Assembly: GCA_038496445.1 (NCBI GenBank)
Contig: JALMLS010000100.1
Span: 62,001 to 126,000, forward strand
DNA: 64,000 nucleotides
Reading direction: 5' to 3'
Origin: Trichosphaerium sp. ATCC 40318
Lineage: Eukaryota > Protista > Tubulinea
Shown: positions 25,035-36,599 of the stretch, in pieces
Numbering within the stretch: the stretch's first letter is position 1
Layout of the letters: each line of letters starts with the position of its first letter
The notes under the pieces: generated by a model
Databases searched by the model: none
Told to the model about the DNA's origin: nothing
The model's input: the letters and a program-made list of their open reading frames with translations, nothing else
Program-made: the position numbers and the translations under genes

Positions 25035-26563
25035 CTAATTTATTTTGGCCGAAATAGGTGCATCACAGAATACGCATTTGCCGTAAACTGTCCCGAAACT
25101 TTCTCGATTGTTGGGAACGCTTCTATTGTGAATATGGTAAGTGGTGATTCAACGACATACGTGTACCTAAGCCAAGCATACAAGCATGCATTGTGGTAAG
25201 GACGAGCGCAATTTGGCTTATCACAAATCTTAGAAGGTACGCTACCATCTTCACGTCTGTATTGATAACAAATGACACACTCCTCTGAGAATACCTAGGA
25301 GATATCTAAATCTTATACACTGTTAAGACTCTACTGTACCTCAATATTCTCTGTTTCGGGCGAGGGAAGCTTTAAATTGAGTACATGTTCAAGATTAGCA
25401 TGCATAGAACTGCTATGATTCCATGATTGTAGATTCTTATTTAGCTTTTGGAATAAGCTTTCGATTTTCTTTTCAGCACCAAAAAACTGACCTTTAGCGG
25501 AGTTACACTTTACTCAAGCGCTACTTAAGTAAACGTACACTGTGGTACAGCATGAGCTTGTGTTGGCTCTATTGTCATTTGCATGGACACATGTGGTGCC
25601 AGTACAATACGACGGAAGGTGTCAGCACTAAATTTCTTATTATTGATCACGTGTGCAACAACGCATACCGAGTTGGATTCTTTGGCTCTAGAACACAACA
25701 CATGGCGTCAATGTCGTCCATGACATCCCAAAAATCCTGAGTACAATAAATGAGTATGAAACAATGTACAAACAACGTACTTGGTACTTGGCAAACGTCT
25801 CAACATAAGCCGTAGCAACGTTTTGCAGAGTGGACACGTTTGAATCCCAAGGGAACTCAACAGCCTCTGGGATATCACACCAACATTCTGGCTTCACCTT
25901 AGGGTACTCTGAAGGTAGTTTAATATTGAGGTTGTGAGGTCTGCCTCCTTTATCCCTTTTGACAAGTTAACGATAAAACCTGAACTTGACATACGTTAAC
26001 AGTAACGTCAGAGTTGTCAAATCATCGCTCAATTCAACAAGTTGCCCAAAATTATTAGAGGATAGCTACAAACCACTAAGAACATGAAAAACCGCGTGGG
26101 GGCACCTCAGAAACCAATCTCGTGTAGAATGTGGCAGGAGGGGCAACTTTTGGTTTGTTTGTACGCGTTATACGTTCCTTTAAACTAGTAAGACACGAGA
26201 AAACATAACAAACGTGCCAACAAGTACTTTAATTCAGTTAAAAATTCAGCGATTGAGCGAGCTTGCTCTAAACGCTACAATCGTGAGCTATGGTTCAAAT
26301 ACAATCGTAGAGATACCGATTTGACTGTTTCAGTGTGCGGCGCCAAAAGAGATCGCAATGCCTTGTCCACCTGTAATTCAGCATCCTTCAAAATACCACT
26401 GGGAACACTAATCCGCAGTTTAAACTCGTTTCCCTTTCATTAGTGAATTCTGATTACAATAACAGAATGCTTTTACGTAAACGGATATGTAACCACTGTA
26501 CGCGCTAAAATTGGTGTCCTCTGGTACAAGTAGAGGGAAAATATCTGCAACACAACTGTGCAT
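25035..26563 (-). CDS. FANCL: Fanconi anaemia E3 ubiquitin ligase FANCL
   Basis: FPLLVP...YSGYISVYGNEFKLRI; FYTRLVSE; FWDVMDDIDAMCCVLEP; C-terminal RING ECVICY...CDKPNCARPYHNACLYAWLR...SFGTVYGKCVFC. Confidence 0.93.
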
Positions 26564-26697
26564 TCAGTGCATAAAGGTTTAACAGAAAAGGTCCAAAATT
26601 CTTGCGGAAAAGAAATCTCGCAACTCGCCTTTTTTAGGCATTCACAACGTTCAACAACCAAGCAAAAAGCAAAGCGAAAAAAATATATTATACAACA

Positions 26698-27669
26698 ATG
26701 CCTTCTCTACAAATCACCAATTGCGACGTTCCACACAGGGAGAACCTATCTAAGAACGGTAACACCTCGGAGCTGTTGTACGTTGTAAGAAACACGGCCT
26801 TCAAAATACGCGTTGCGTACGCCGACCAAACACTACACAGGAAGATCTCCGCCGAACTACTCTTCGAAGATGGGAAGCCGGTACCACAAATGAACGGCGA
26901 AGTGGTCTCATACATCACGCACTTTGCTCCTGATTTTACTACAGCAGCCTTAGACGTAAAGATTCGCGTGTTGACCACCCAAATGAAATCAAACTTCCGA
27001 CTACGAATTTCCTGCCACGACCCGGCTTCGAACACTTCTTCTACGGTACTCTCTTCTCCAATTAAATCTGTCTCAAAACCTGCTTGCATCAGGCGAAGGA
27101 TCGATCAGCTGAATGGTGGAACCAACGGCGTAAAAAAGGGAGTTAAACGCGCTCGTGGCGAAGATGTATTCAACGCTTTGGGTGCTATCAAAACGCAACT
27201 CGACAATCAGACGGCACTTCTTCAAAAACTATTGGCCTCGCGCAGCAGTACGACACAATTCGTTCCTATTAAACAAGAACCAGACGTAGCTATTTTTACG
27301 GACTTGGCTGACCTTTCCAGTTTTACTCTTCCTGCTGCTACCACCGAGATTGGAATGCCAGAGCTCGCGCTCCCTGAACCACCAACGACACAGATGCCTG
27401 CACATGGTGAGCCAAAATCTAATTTTAAAACCCTTGAACACGCTTTCCGCGACTTTTTAGTTGCTTTTCAGAACGAACCTGCCAGCACACGGCCGAACAA
27501 GATGCGTAAGATCATAGATTCCTCAAAGGCCTCTAATGGAGAGGTGGTAAGAGAATTTTTATTCGCCGTTTCAGACGACGCCACTCCTGCCGCCACTTGT
27601 GGAGCTGACTGCCCACACAAGTTGGAACTTGAGGCAATGGACGACATTTACACTCAATTTTTATCGTAG
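26698..27669 (+). CDS. CudA-family transcription factor (intronless)
   Basis: LYVVRNTAFKI...AELLFED.KPV...VKIRVLTTQ..SNFRLRI...SSPIKSVSKP matches the amoebozoan CudA core as recalled. Confidence 0.75.
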   Translation: MPSLQITNCDVPHRENLSKNGNTSELLYVVRNTAFKIRVAYADQTLHRKISAELLFEDGKPVPQMNGEVVSYITHFAPDFTTAALDVKIRVLTTQMKSNFRLRISCHDPASNTSSTVLSSPIKSVSKPACIRRRIDQLNGGTNGVKKGVKRARGEDVFNALGAIKTQLDNQTALLQKLLASRSSTTQFVPIKQEPDVAIFTDLADLSSFTLPAATTEIGMPELALPEPPTTQMPAHGEPKSNFKTLEHAFRDFLVAFQNEPASTRPNKMRKIIDSSKASNGEVVREFLFAVSDDATPAATCGADCPHKLELEAMDDIYTQFLS

Positions 27670-28142
27670 GCTCTCTTTCTTACAAAAAGAGCTCGAACCT
27701 GTATTATAAACAATAAATGTACAAAACTTATCTAATCTGCTTAGGAGTAACAAAAAAAACCAAACAATCGTGGGCTGGAATTCTACGTACTGTGTTATTT
27801 ATTACTCGTCATTATTTTTTTATTTTATTGTTCTTTTGTACTGTCTTTCTGACCTGTTGATCTAAGGGATGCTTGTTATCGTTTTTTTACCGCCTCGTTG
27901 GCGCGCACCGTGAGTTTTGCCGCTCAGCATCTCAAAACAGGAGTTGATGAAAGTGCGCCCTTCTGAAGCGGGTAAAAAACGTTGTTTATTTTATTGTAAA
28001 GAAAATGTAACCAAATAATAAATGCCACCGCGTCAACAAGGAATTCGTTACGTTGTCGTTCGTTCTGTGCCACCAGTTTTTGCCGTTCAAAAATCCAAAT
28101 AGTATTCAAATAAACGTTCTTATCAATCTAAACAGCACAGCA

Positions 28143-28945
28143 ATGGAAGCAAAACCGATTGGGTTACTTATAGCTTCTGCAGCTGCATTGGCTGTTGGTG
28201 CTATTGGTTATCTATTTTATCGTTCTGTAGACCGTGCGTTTGGGCGTAGAGTGCTATTACGCGTTTCTTATGTTGATAATGTAGGTACACGCCAATTACA
28301 AAATATGATAGACGTGGTGTCTACTGGACAAGTAGGTAAAGCGAATAAAGCACAGGTACGCCAATTTCACGCGAAAAATATATTTTGACAACCAAAAGCA
28401 CCTCCCAATACGCAATGCAACAGCTGTTGTCATTAAAAACGGCGATGGTAAATTCCTAGCAGTTCTGCGGGCATCTTCAGACAAAGATTTGCCTTCAGTT
28501 TGGTACTTGCTCCACTGTACTTCGGAATCTAACCGTATAACGAAAGGGGGCTACCTGCTGGCTACGTAAATGGTAACGAGGATCCAAGAGATGCAGCTGT
28601 AAGAGCAGGTGTCGAAAAATTGGGGGTTGAGTTAGAGATTGTAAAATTTTTGAGTAAGGGTAGTAAGGAACGAAGCGAATACGAGCTTGTGATGTGGCTC
28701 TTTGAAGCGAAGATTGTTTCGGGGCAACCCCAGGTAAGAATAATTTTTGTCGTCAGAGATAAAATAAGTATAAACAAAGTGTCAAAACTCATTTTATTCT
28801 AAACTTGTAGGTTCCTCAACAAGTTCAGGGTGTTACTCAGTATACCTCTTGCGAGTGGGCGAACTTGGATAGAATCGAGCCATCAGTAGATAAAGGTTCT
28901 CTATGTTCTGCCATGTACGTTGATTACATCGGCGCACAAAAGTGA
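28143..28945 (+). CDS. Nudix-family protein with N-terminal TM helix and a degenerate Nudix box
   Basis: LLIASAAALAVGAIGYLFY; VWGLPAGYVNGNEDPRDAAVRAGVEKLGVEL; 4 exons. Confidence 0.75.
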
Positions 28946-29126
28946 CACTTGTCATTTGTTAAATAAATAAATTTGTACAGCGACTCGTTCTTAATTTGTA
29001 CTGTAAACTGGAAGCTCTAGGAAATTGTGGTACGTTATTGGGTGTTGTTATTTGGTTAAACGGTTTTTTATTTTCTTTTTTGTTTTTTCAAAATTACAAA
29101 GGGTTTTGTGTCTTCGGTTATTGTTG

Positions 29127-29561
29127 TTATACCAAGCTTTGCTTGTACATTTTTGTATCAAGAATTTTACGCCCACACATTGTGCAAATACCTTACAAAG
29201 TCGTTAAAAATTTTTGTTGATGCGGAAATGTTGTTATTGTTACCTTTTTTGTAAGCACAGTCGTTACAGTAGTTGCCAGTAACGTGCAACTTCGCATGGC
29301 ATATTCTACACACTTTTGAGTACGGAGATGCTCTAGAATATAGTCAAAGGGTGCTGTATTAATTATTATTACCTTCGTTTGGATCTTCGTGTAGATGTAG
29401 TTCTAATTTTCCCTACTTTCTTTCCACCTGACTCAACAGTGTTTCTGGCGCCATCTTTCCAAGGGTCTTGGCAAATAACCCTTGCAAGCTTCTTTTCACC
29501 TACAAACGGTAATAAGTTACATTGTAGATTCAAATGGCGTCGTACACTTTTCACAAACCAT
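29127..29561 (-). CDS. CRIPT: Cysteine-rich PDZ-binding protein
   Basis: MVCEKCEKKLARVICQDPWKDGARNT...CRICHAKLH...YCNDCAYKKGICTMCGRKILDTKMYKQSLV*. Confidence 0.92.
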
Positions 29562-29850
29562 TGCGTTGGTGATTACGTAATACGGGCGAATTACATGTGC
29601 CTTAAATGACTAAGCAATTCAAACGCTATCAAAACGTCTGGTACAACAACGGAGTATAGCTCCGTAATAATACAGGTTAACAGAACAAGTTAGGACTTGT
29701 TGGTTGTTATCTTTCGTTATTTACCTCTGACACACCGTTAATGGCGTTGACACCTATATTAATGATGTTCAGCGAAAGACAAAATAATTATGTTAGGCGA
29801 AAGTTGGCGTTAGGTATAAAACACATCATAATTACCAAACATAACACCGA

Positions 29851-30536
29851 ATGACATCTCAACTCAAACAAATCAAAATAGTCGTAGTAGGAGACGGCGC
29901 TGTAGGCAAAACAGCCGCAATGGTTACTTACACAACAAATGGGTACGCAAACACTTAAAATCTTTATATTAAACCGTATATTACGTTTCTATAATGTCCA
30001 GAGTGCTTATGATTGTTTTTAGATTTCCATACGATCACATGCCAACTGTTTTCGAGAATTACGCTGCAATGGTCATGCAAGATGGTAGGCCATGCCACCT
30101 ATCTCTTTGGGACACAGCAGGACAAGAAGATTACGATCGTCTCCGTCCTCTCAGCTACGCTGACACAGACTTGTTCCTTGTTCTATTCTCAACAACGATG
30201 CCTTCTTCATACAAAAACGTTCGCGAAAAATGGATACCAGAGCTCAGACACCACGCAAAGCGCACACCTATTATCGTAGCAGGAACTAAAACAGATCTAC
30301 GTACAAACGAACATGAAATAGAAAAACTAAAGCAAAGAAACCAAGTACCAATCACAACACAGAAAGGCCAAGAACTAGCAGATGAAGTAGGCGCAGAGAA
30401 ATATATGGAATTCTCTTCATTTACACAAGAAGGATTAAAACAACTATTCATAGAGAGCATACGTACCGTTCTTAAGAATGAACAAAAGCCATCAAAAAAA
30501 CGTAAATCAAAGAAACACAAGTGCAACATTCTATGA
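29851..30536 (+). CDS. Rho-family (Rac-like) small GTPase
   Basis: IKIVVVGDGAVGKT, PTVFENY, LWDTAGQEDYDRLRPLSY, GTKTDLR, polybasic tail and CNIL CaaX; one intron. Confidence 0.95.
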
Positions 30537-31014
30537 TTTCTGTTGATCTTCAGAACTAAAATAGAAAAGAAATAATAACCCTTCAGAGTGCCTAATTTAT
30601 TTGTACATAAAAAACTCAATACGCTCTAGAGAATAAAACTGTACCATACGAAATACCCAAACAAACAATTGTCTAATGTTATGTATCATTTTATTTTTTG
30701 CAAGTTATTTGATGGCTCATATACCAAGAATAAAACGTACCTTGCAATGTATACTATGGGCTGTTAAATAAATATTATGTTAACCCTAAGATCTAGTGGT
30801 AACATATAAATGGAGCACGTGCAAGCCAAGACTAAACTTTTATTCAACCTTGTATATTGTAATCTGACTTGTGATTAACGAAGAGCCGTTCAAGAAGAAA
30901 CGTAAACTAAGGCATGCCATTAATGCTTATTAGTGATAGTCACATGTGCATGGAACATTAACACAATGTGAACGTCTTACCCATCCGTAAACATTTCCGA
31001 AAGTTTTTCAAACG

Positions 31015-33653
31015 ATGACAACCAAGTTGTTTCTCATTATCTCGTTTGCGTGTATTACGTACTCCCTACAATACAGCTTTGTAAAGGAGGCACTCTCCGA
31101 ACGTATACAACGAAATTATGACATTTACAAGGCGGATGTTGTATGAAAAGCGTATATCACGTGATTTTAATCGAATAACTGCCTTCTAGGTAGTTTATGG
31201 AGCGACGGCATCAGGTATAGTACAAAACAGTCACTTATATGTGAAAACAGCGTTATAGGCATTGCGGCTGCTATTTCGGCGGCAAATGAGAGTAAACTCG
31301 TTCATTTAGTTTACCCAGGTAAGTACTAGCACTTTACTAATAAAATGTGTGACATCCAAAAGAGCAAAAGAGAAATATTGGCGGTATGGTTTCTGGTGGG
31401 TTAGGTCACAGCGATACGGGCAATACAAAAGGTACATATCACTAAGTTATCCTGTCAATTAAATTTACACTGCTTTAGTTATCGGTGGTTTTGCAAATAC
31501 GTTTGCAGAACGTGTTGGTAGGTGAAAGATGTCTTTTACTTTTTTTGCACGTGACCTTCGCTTACTAATCACGTGTTGCAAAAAGGCAAGGTATATGGCA
31601 AAACTGGTGCAGTATGGGATTTTGAACCTCATGTAACCAGAGATGTATTTGAGGATTGGTACGAGAAGGCTTCTCAATAACTTTCTTCGTTGCAAACGTT
31701 TTTGTTTGAAGGCTTGGTGAGTTCAGTAGTAGCATTCGGTTATTCCCAGGAGAGAGAATAGAGTCTGTTTCTAAAAAAGGAAGCGTACTAGAGTCTTTTA
31801 AAACAGCCACAGGATCAGTATTTCAAGGATTGGCATTCATAGATTGTAGCTATGAAGGCGATCTTATGGCTTTATCAGGAGTTAGTGTACGCCATGTATA
31901 GCATTTATTAGACACTGCTAATTTAACATAGTACACATGGGGTAGAGAAGGTGAATCAAAGTATAACGAGAGTCTAGCAGGTATGACATTTTGAATTAAT
32001 AACTTTTACTGAAGTACAAAAAGGACGACTTCCTGTTCCTAACAACCATGGTGATCATCAGTTTTATGTTACTGTCGATCCATACGATAAAGATCATAAG
32101 CTTCTACCATTGGTACAGAATTATGGTATGCTAGTTTTAAATATATTTCAGGTGTACGGTGGTAATACTACAGTGTTTCACGACGGAGACAAGAAGGTAT
32201 AAACTCGAATATTTCTTTCTGTCAATAAGATTGGTTTTTCATTTAGGTCCAAAGTTACAACTTTCGCATGTGCTTTAGTAGTGATAAATCAAACCAAGTA
32301 CCATTTGAAAAACCTGAAGGTTATGATGAAAAGGACTGGGAGTTATTGACAAGGTTTTAATCTTTTTTCATTCTTAATTTTTCACTGATACTTGCTTTTG
32401 AGGTATTTAATCGCTGAGAACAATAAAACGACTATACGTAAGTAGAATATCATCGCTAAACTAGTGACTCAATACTTACAATATCAAAAGATGATTTGAT
32501 GATACTCTCTGAACTTCCGAACAATAAGTTTGGTAAGTGATTGTTATATTTAAAAGTACTTTAACTGTTGTCTTAGATATAAACAACCACGGACCTATAT
32601 CTACAGACTATATAAACCATGCTTGGGAATATCCAGAAGCTAGTTGGACACGAAAACTTGAAATATACGATGAACATGTTAAGTATACCCAAGGATTCTT
32701 TTACTTCCTTGCAAACTCTCCAAGTAAGATTCTATCATATCTTATTTTTTTCTTGTTCTGTTTTGACTCACCTTTGTGCTAGATTCTCCGGAAAATGTCA
32801 GAGAAGTATGTGCTCCTATTTGAAAGCTAGTTAATTACAAAAATATTTAGAGCATGAAAGGATTAGGTCTAGCAAAAGATGAGTTTGTCGATACAAACAA
32901 TTGGCCTTTCCAACTTTATGTTAGGTACAAAATCCGTTTATTTTCCTAAATCTTGCTTGCTAAACTAATATGAACAGAGAAGCACGACGTATGATAGGAA
33001 CTTATATTATGACTCAGCATGATAGAACAGATACAATCCACAAGGACGGTATGTAACTAAACCAGAACTACTTGGAATAACTTGCTATGTTCAGATAGTA
33101 TTGGCGTAGGCAGCTATAACATCGATACACACCACTGCCAGGCACACATTACATCCTTATGTTAAAGCTCACAACAAATTTTAGCGTTTTCCACAAGGAG
33201 ATGGTGTGATAAATGAAGGTAAACAAAACACGACACATCCAAGAATAAACCAAAATCCTCAACTACTTTTCTAGGCGATATTGAAGCTCATTTTTCTAAT
33301 ACGTTCGAACTTCCTTATTCTTGCATTACACCACGTGACTCCGAAGCGACAAACCTTTTGGGTAAGTGCCATGTTTACGTTATAATAATACTAGCGCTCA
33401 CAATAATACGCAGTACCCGTGTGCGTCTCTGCATCTCATATTGGATACGGTCCTATTCGATTAGAACCTCAATACATGATTTTAGGACAAAGGTTGTAAC
33501 CAGTGCACACTTATTTTGTTGACTTACAATTTTAGTGCTGGTGTGGCTGCCGCGATGGCTATAAAGTCAGGAAGTACTGTTCAACAAGTGAATATAAAAG
33601 AACTTCAGAATAGGTTGTTAGAGCTGGGACAAATTCTTGTAGCCGAAAAATAA
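31015..33653 (+). CDS. Probably secreted FAD-dependent oxidoreductase (FAD_oxidored-like), about 20 short introns
   Basis: Signal peptide; [15 protein letters not shown]; GGMVSGGLG; [12 protein letters not shown]; QSYNFRMC; [11 protein letters not shown]; [24 protein letters not shown]. Confidence 0.9.
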
Positions 33654-34311
33654 GATTAAAATAAAATCTCCTTACAACTTCCTCGCTTGGTTTTTTCTTC
33701 TCTCATCCAGAATTCGCCCTGTTTTTTACACGTATCCGGAGCGTTTCCGAGCCAATAGGATATTGTTAAACTTTGTACAGTCTTTAAACTTGTTTTCAAT
33801 TTAACACTTCTTCCCTTGTGTGAGCGAATATACTCTACCCACAGCGCGTTGCCAGTGGAACACTGGTTAAGTAATTTGAAAATAAAACACGTGCTATTTT
33901 TGCCACCGCGTGAAAACTTCACGGCGAGAGGAAGAAGAAAAACGCTAGCCTTTTGTTGTTGTTTAAAATACAGTTTGGTTTTTTTATTCCATTTTTTTTT
34001 AACCCCGCAACCCTGGAAAATCCAAAGGGAGTCAGAGGAAGGGTTATTACATATACACATGGATTCTACTTCTTTTCAAACCCTTATTTCAATCGTCGTA
34101 GCGCGACGACGAAGTTTCTTAACGTATTGTTTTGTGGTTATTTTTTTTTTTTTGGTTACTCTTTTTTTTTTCTTGTGAGTGGGTTTGTGTTTCTTTGTTC
34201 TTTTTTTGTTTTGTTTGAATACTTTTGTTGTTGTTGGGCTTCTTTCTTTTTCTTTGTGTAAGGTTGTGTAAGGGGTGTTTTGGTGTTTGTTAAAGGGTTT
34301 TCTTTTGTATT

Positions 34312-36136
34312 CTATCGTAGGTCTTCGTAATCATCATTTACGAGATCCACTACTTGCGCCGGTCTCCGCCGTCTAGAAGACCTTGAATGTCGTACAGGTA
34401 TTTGGGTCATTATTGGTGGTAATCTTATGCCATCAGGTGGCGGTGGTATGCTGTGTCTTGTTGGTATATGTGTTTGTTGGTGTTGTGGTGTTACGACTTG
34501 AACAGAGTCACCTGTTAAATCATAAACAACATCTCTGTTATTATTCATGTTATGGGTGTTTTGTTGGTGGTGTGGTAGTGGTAAATGCCATGATGGTGGA
34601 GGGAAAAAAGCTGGTGGAGGTAGTGGGGGTAGGTGCGCAGGCTAAAGGGAAAAAAGAGTAAGAATAAATCTCTGGTATGAATGTACGTATTATACGCATA
34701 ATTATGAGTTGAAAGAGCGAATTCGCTTTTTTTTGATTGAAATAATAAAACGTAACTACTCGGCTTAAATATATGCGCGAGAGTTTACTTAGAGTGTTGT
34801 GGTATTGTTCTCGATGTTTGTTTTTTTTTTTAGTTGATTTTGAAGAGAGGAAAAATATTCAAAATTTTAATAAAAATCGCTTCTAAAAAGGCGCCAAGCG
34901 TACCACTGGATAAGGATTTGTTATAATATTGTTCGTTTGTACAGGGCGGGTCATCTCGACATCTTCTTCGTCGTCGGAATCACCTGTGAGATCAATTTCT
35001 ACAGGGTTTGGAGAAACTTGTATATTTATACGCCAATTGCGTCCTAAAAATTATTTTGTGAGCAAGTTGGATGGAAAACTTGAAAAAGTGAAAATGATAA
35101 AAAAAAAAACCCAAACGCCAAAAAGAAAAAAAAAGTTCGAGTTTTCTCCTTTCAAATTTACTCAATCCAAGGTTTGTTTCTATCAAAGAATGTACATGGT
35201 TTTTATACTTTATATTAGTTGATAGTCGGTTTCTAAAATGGACTCCTCGGAAAAAAAAATGGAAAAATTACAAAAAAAAAAAAATTATTATAACTCACTC
35301 AAGTGGTTCAATAAAGTGCCAGTATTTTGTGTGAGGACGCGAAATAGACGCCACATATGGTCCTCTGAGTATACTTCTCCATCTTCTTCCGACCAATCGT
35401 CTTCTTCTGAAAAAACAACCGCGAGTTCGCCCCATTCTTCTGGGTTTAGCTCCTAGATCCTTTTTAATACGCTTTTCACACGTAAACGCAAAAATAAACT
35501 GAAAAGGCAAAAATTTCTTTGGATAACCTTTTTTTGCGTTTTCAAAAACACATACCGGTGGTGCTTGATTTTTTGTTCTTATTGTGTAGTTCTTCTTCTC
35601 TCTCGTTTTTGGTGGCACACCCCACAATTGAGTCTTGGATATCTTTCCGAACCTCCGTTTACATAATGGGCAAGTATTTTCTACCTAAAGGACTGTTATG
35701 GGTTCGTTCAAGCAAAAAAAAAACTTAGAGTGATTTGTAAACGCGCCAACAAAGCTATTCGCGTTCTATATTACACTGGTAGAATCTACCATTACAAAAT
35801 AGAGCGCATTGAAGTAATTTGAGGGAAAACGCAGTAAAAAAAAAAATTGATGTTCGAACCACAACGTGCCTTACTCCAAGTTTCTATACAATTAAAGCAA
35901 ACTAACGAAGAACTCAATAAGATTGATTGTAGTTAGAAAATATTTTGCGTACATTCATGCTTGCAACAATTTAAAATACCTTGTTGCTTTATACTATCGT
36001 AACATATACTACACATTGGTACATCATCAGGCTTTTCCACTGGAATTGAGTGCTCGCATGCTCTTGAAACCTTTCTCTTTTTCCTCGCCTTGCGAGTTTT
36101 AGTACCAGGTGATGATGACCTTGTCTTTCGTTTCAT
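34312..36136 (-). CDS. N-terminal RING E3 ligase with several SUMO-interacting motifs
   Basis: CSICYDSIKQQGILNCCKHEFCFNCIETWSK|VENTCPLCKRRF (needs a GC-AG intron at 35685-35869); VEIDLTGDSDDEE, VVYDLTGD, VVDLVNDD. Confidence 0.8.
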
Positions 36137-36599
36137 TTTAAACTCCTTTATTCTGTGTGCGTTCACGAATTATTTGTTAGGTACTTAAACACCGAAGTTA
36201 AGATAGCGTCATCTCCTCACATTCAATCTACCGTTCATTTATTTTTGTATTTCTATTCTGTAGTTGCTTGTATTTGTTACAAAACAAACGTGCGTGGAGT
36301 TGTATTACACATGGTTCACGTGATTTTTAAAAACTTTCAAAAGCCTAGTTTGGTTTCTACAAGCGTTGTTTTTGTTTTGTGTGGTCTTATAATTACAAGA
36401 GTAGCGCTGCACTCGCTCGAGATATTGGAAATGTGTTATGCTGCTCAGCGTATTGTTGGACACGTCTCTACTCTTCGGTCTCGCGTATAAACAACGCTTT
36501 CATTTTTGCTTTGATGTCGTACTTGGATTACTTTTTTGGTCTGCGCGAGGTGCTCTCTTTAAAAGGTAATTTTACCACGTTTTGATTCCGCACATCAAA

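Noticed and set aside
33656-34261. Overlapping ORFs of 100-134 aa rich in Phe/Lys
   Set aside because: Products of T/A homopolymer tracts in non-coding DNA with no protein-like composition.
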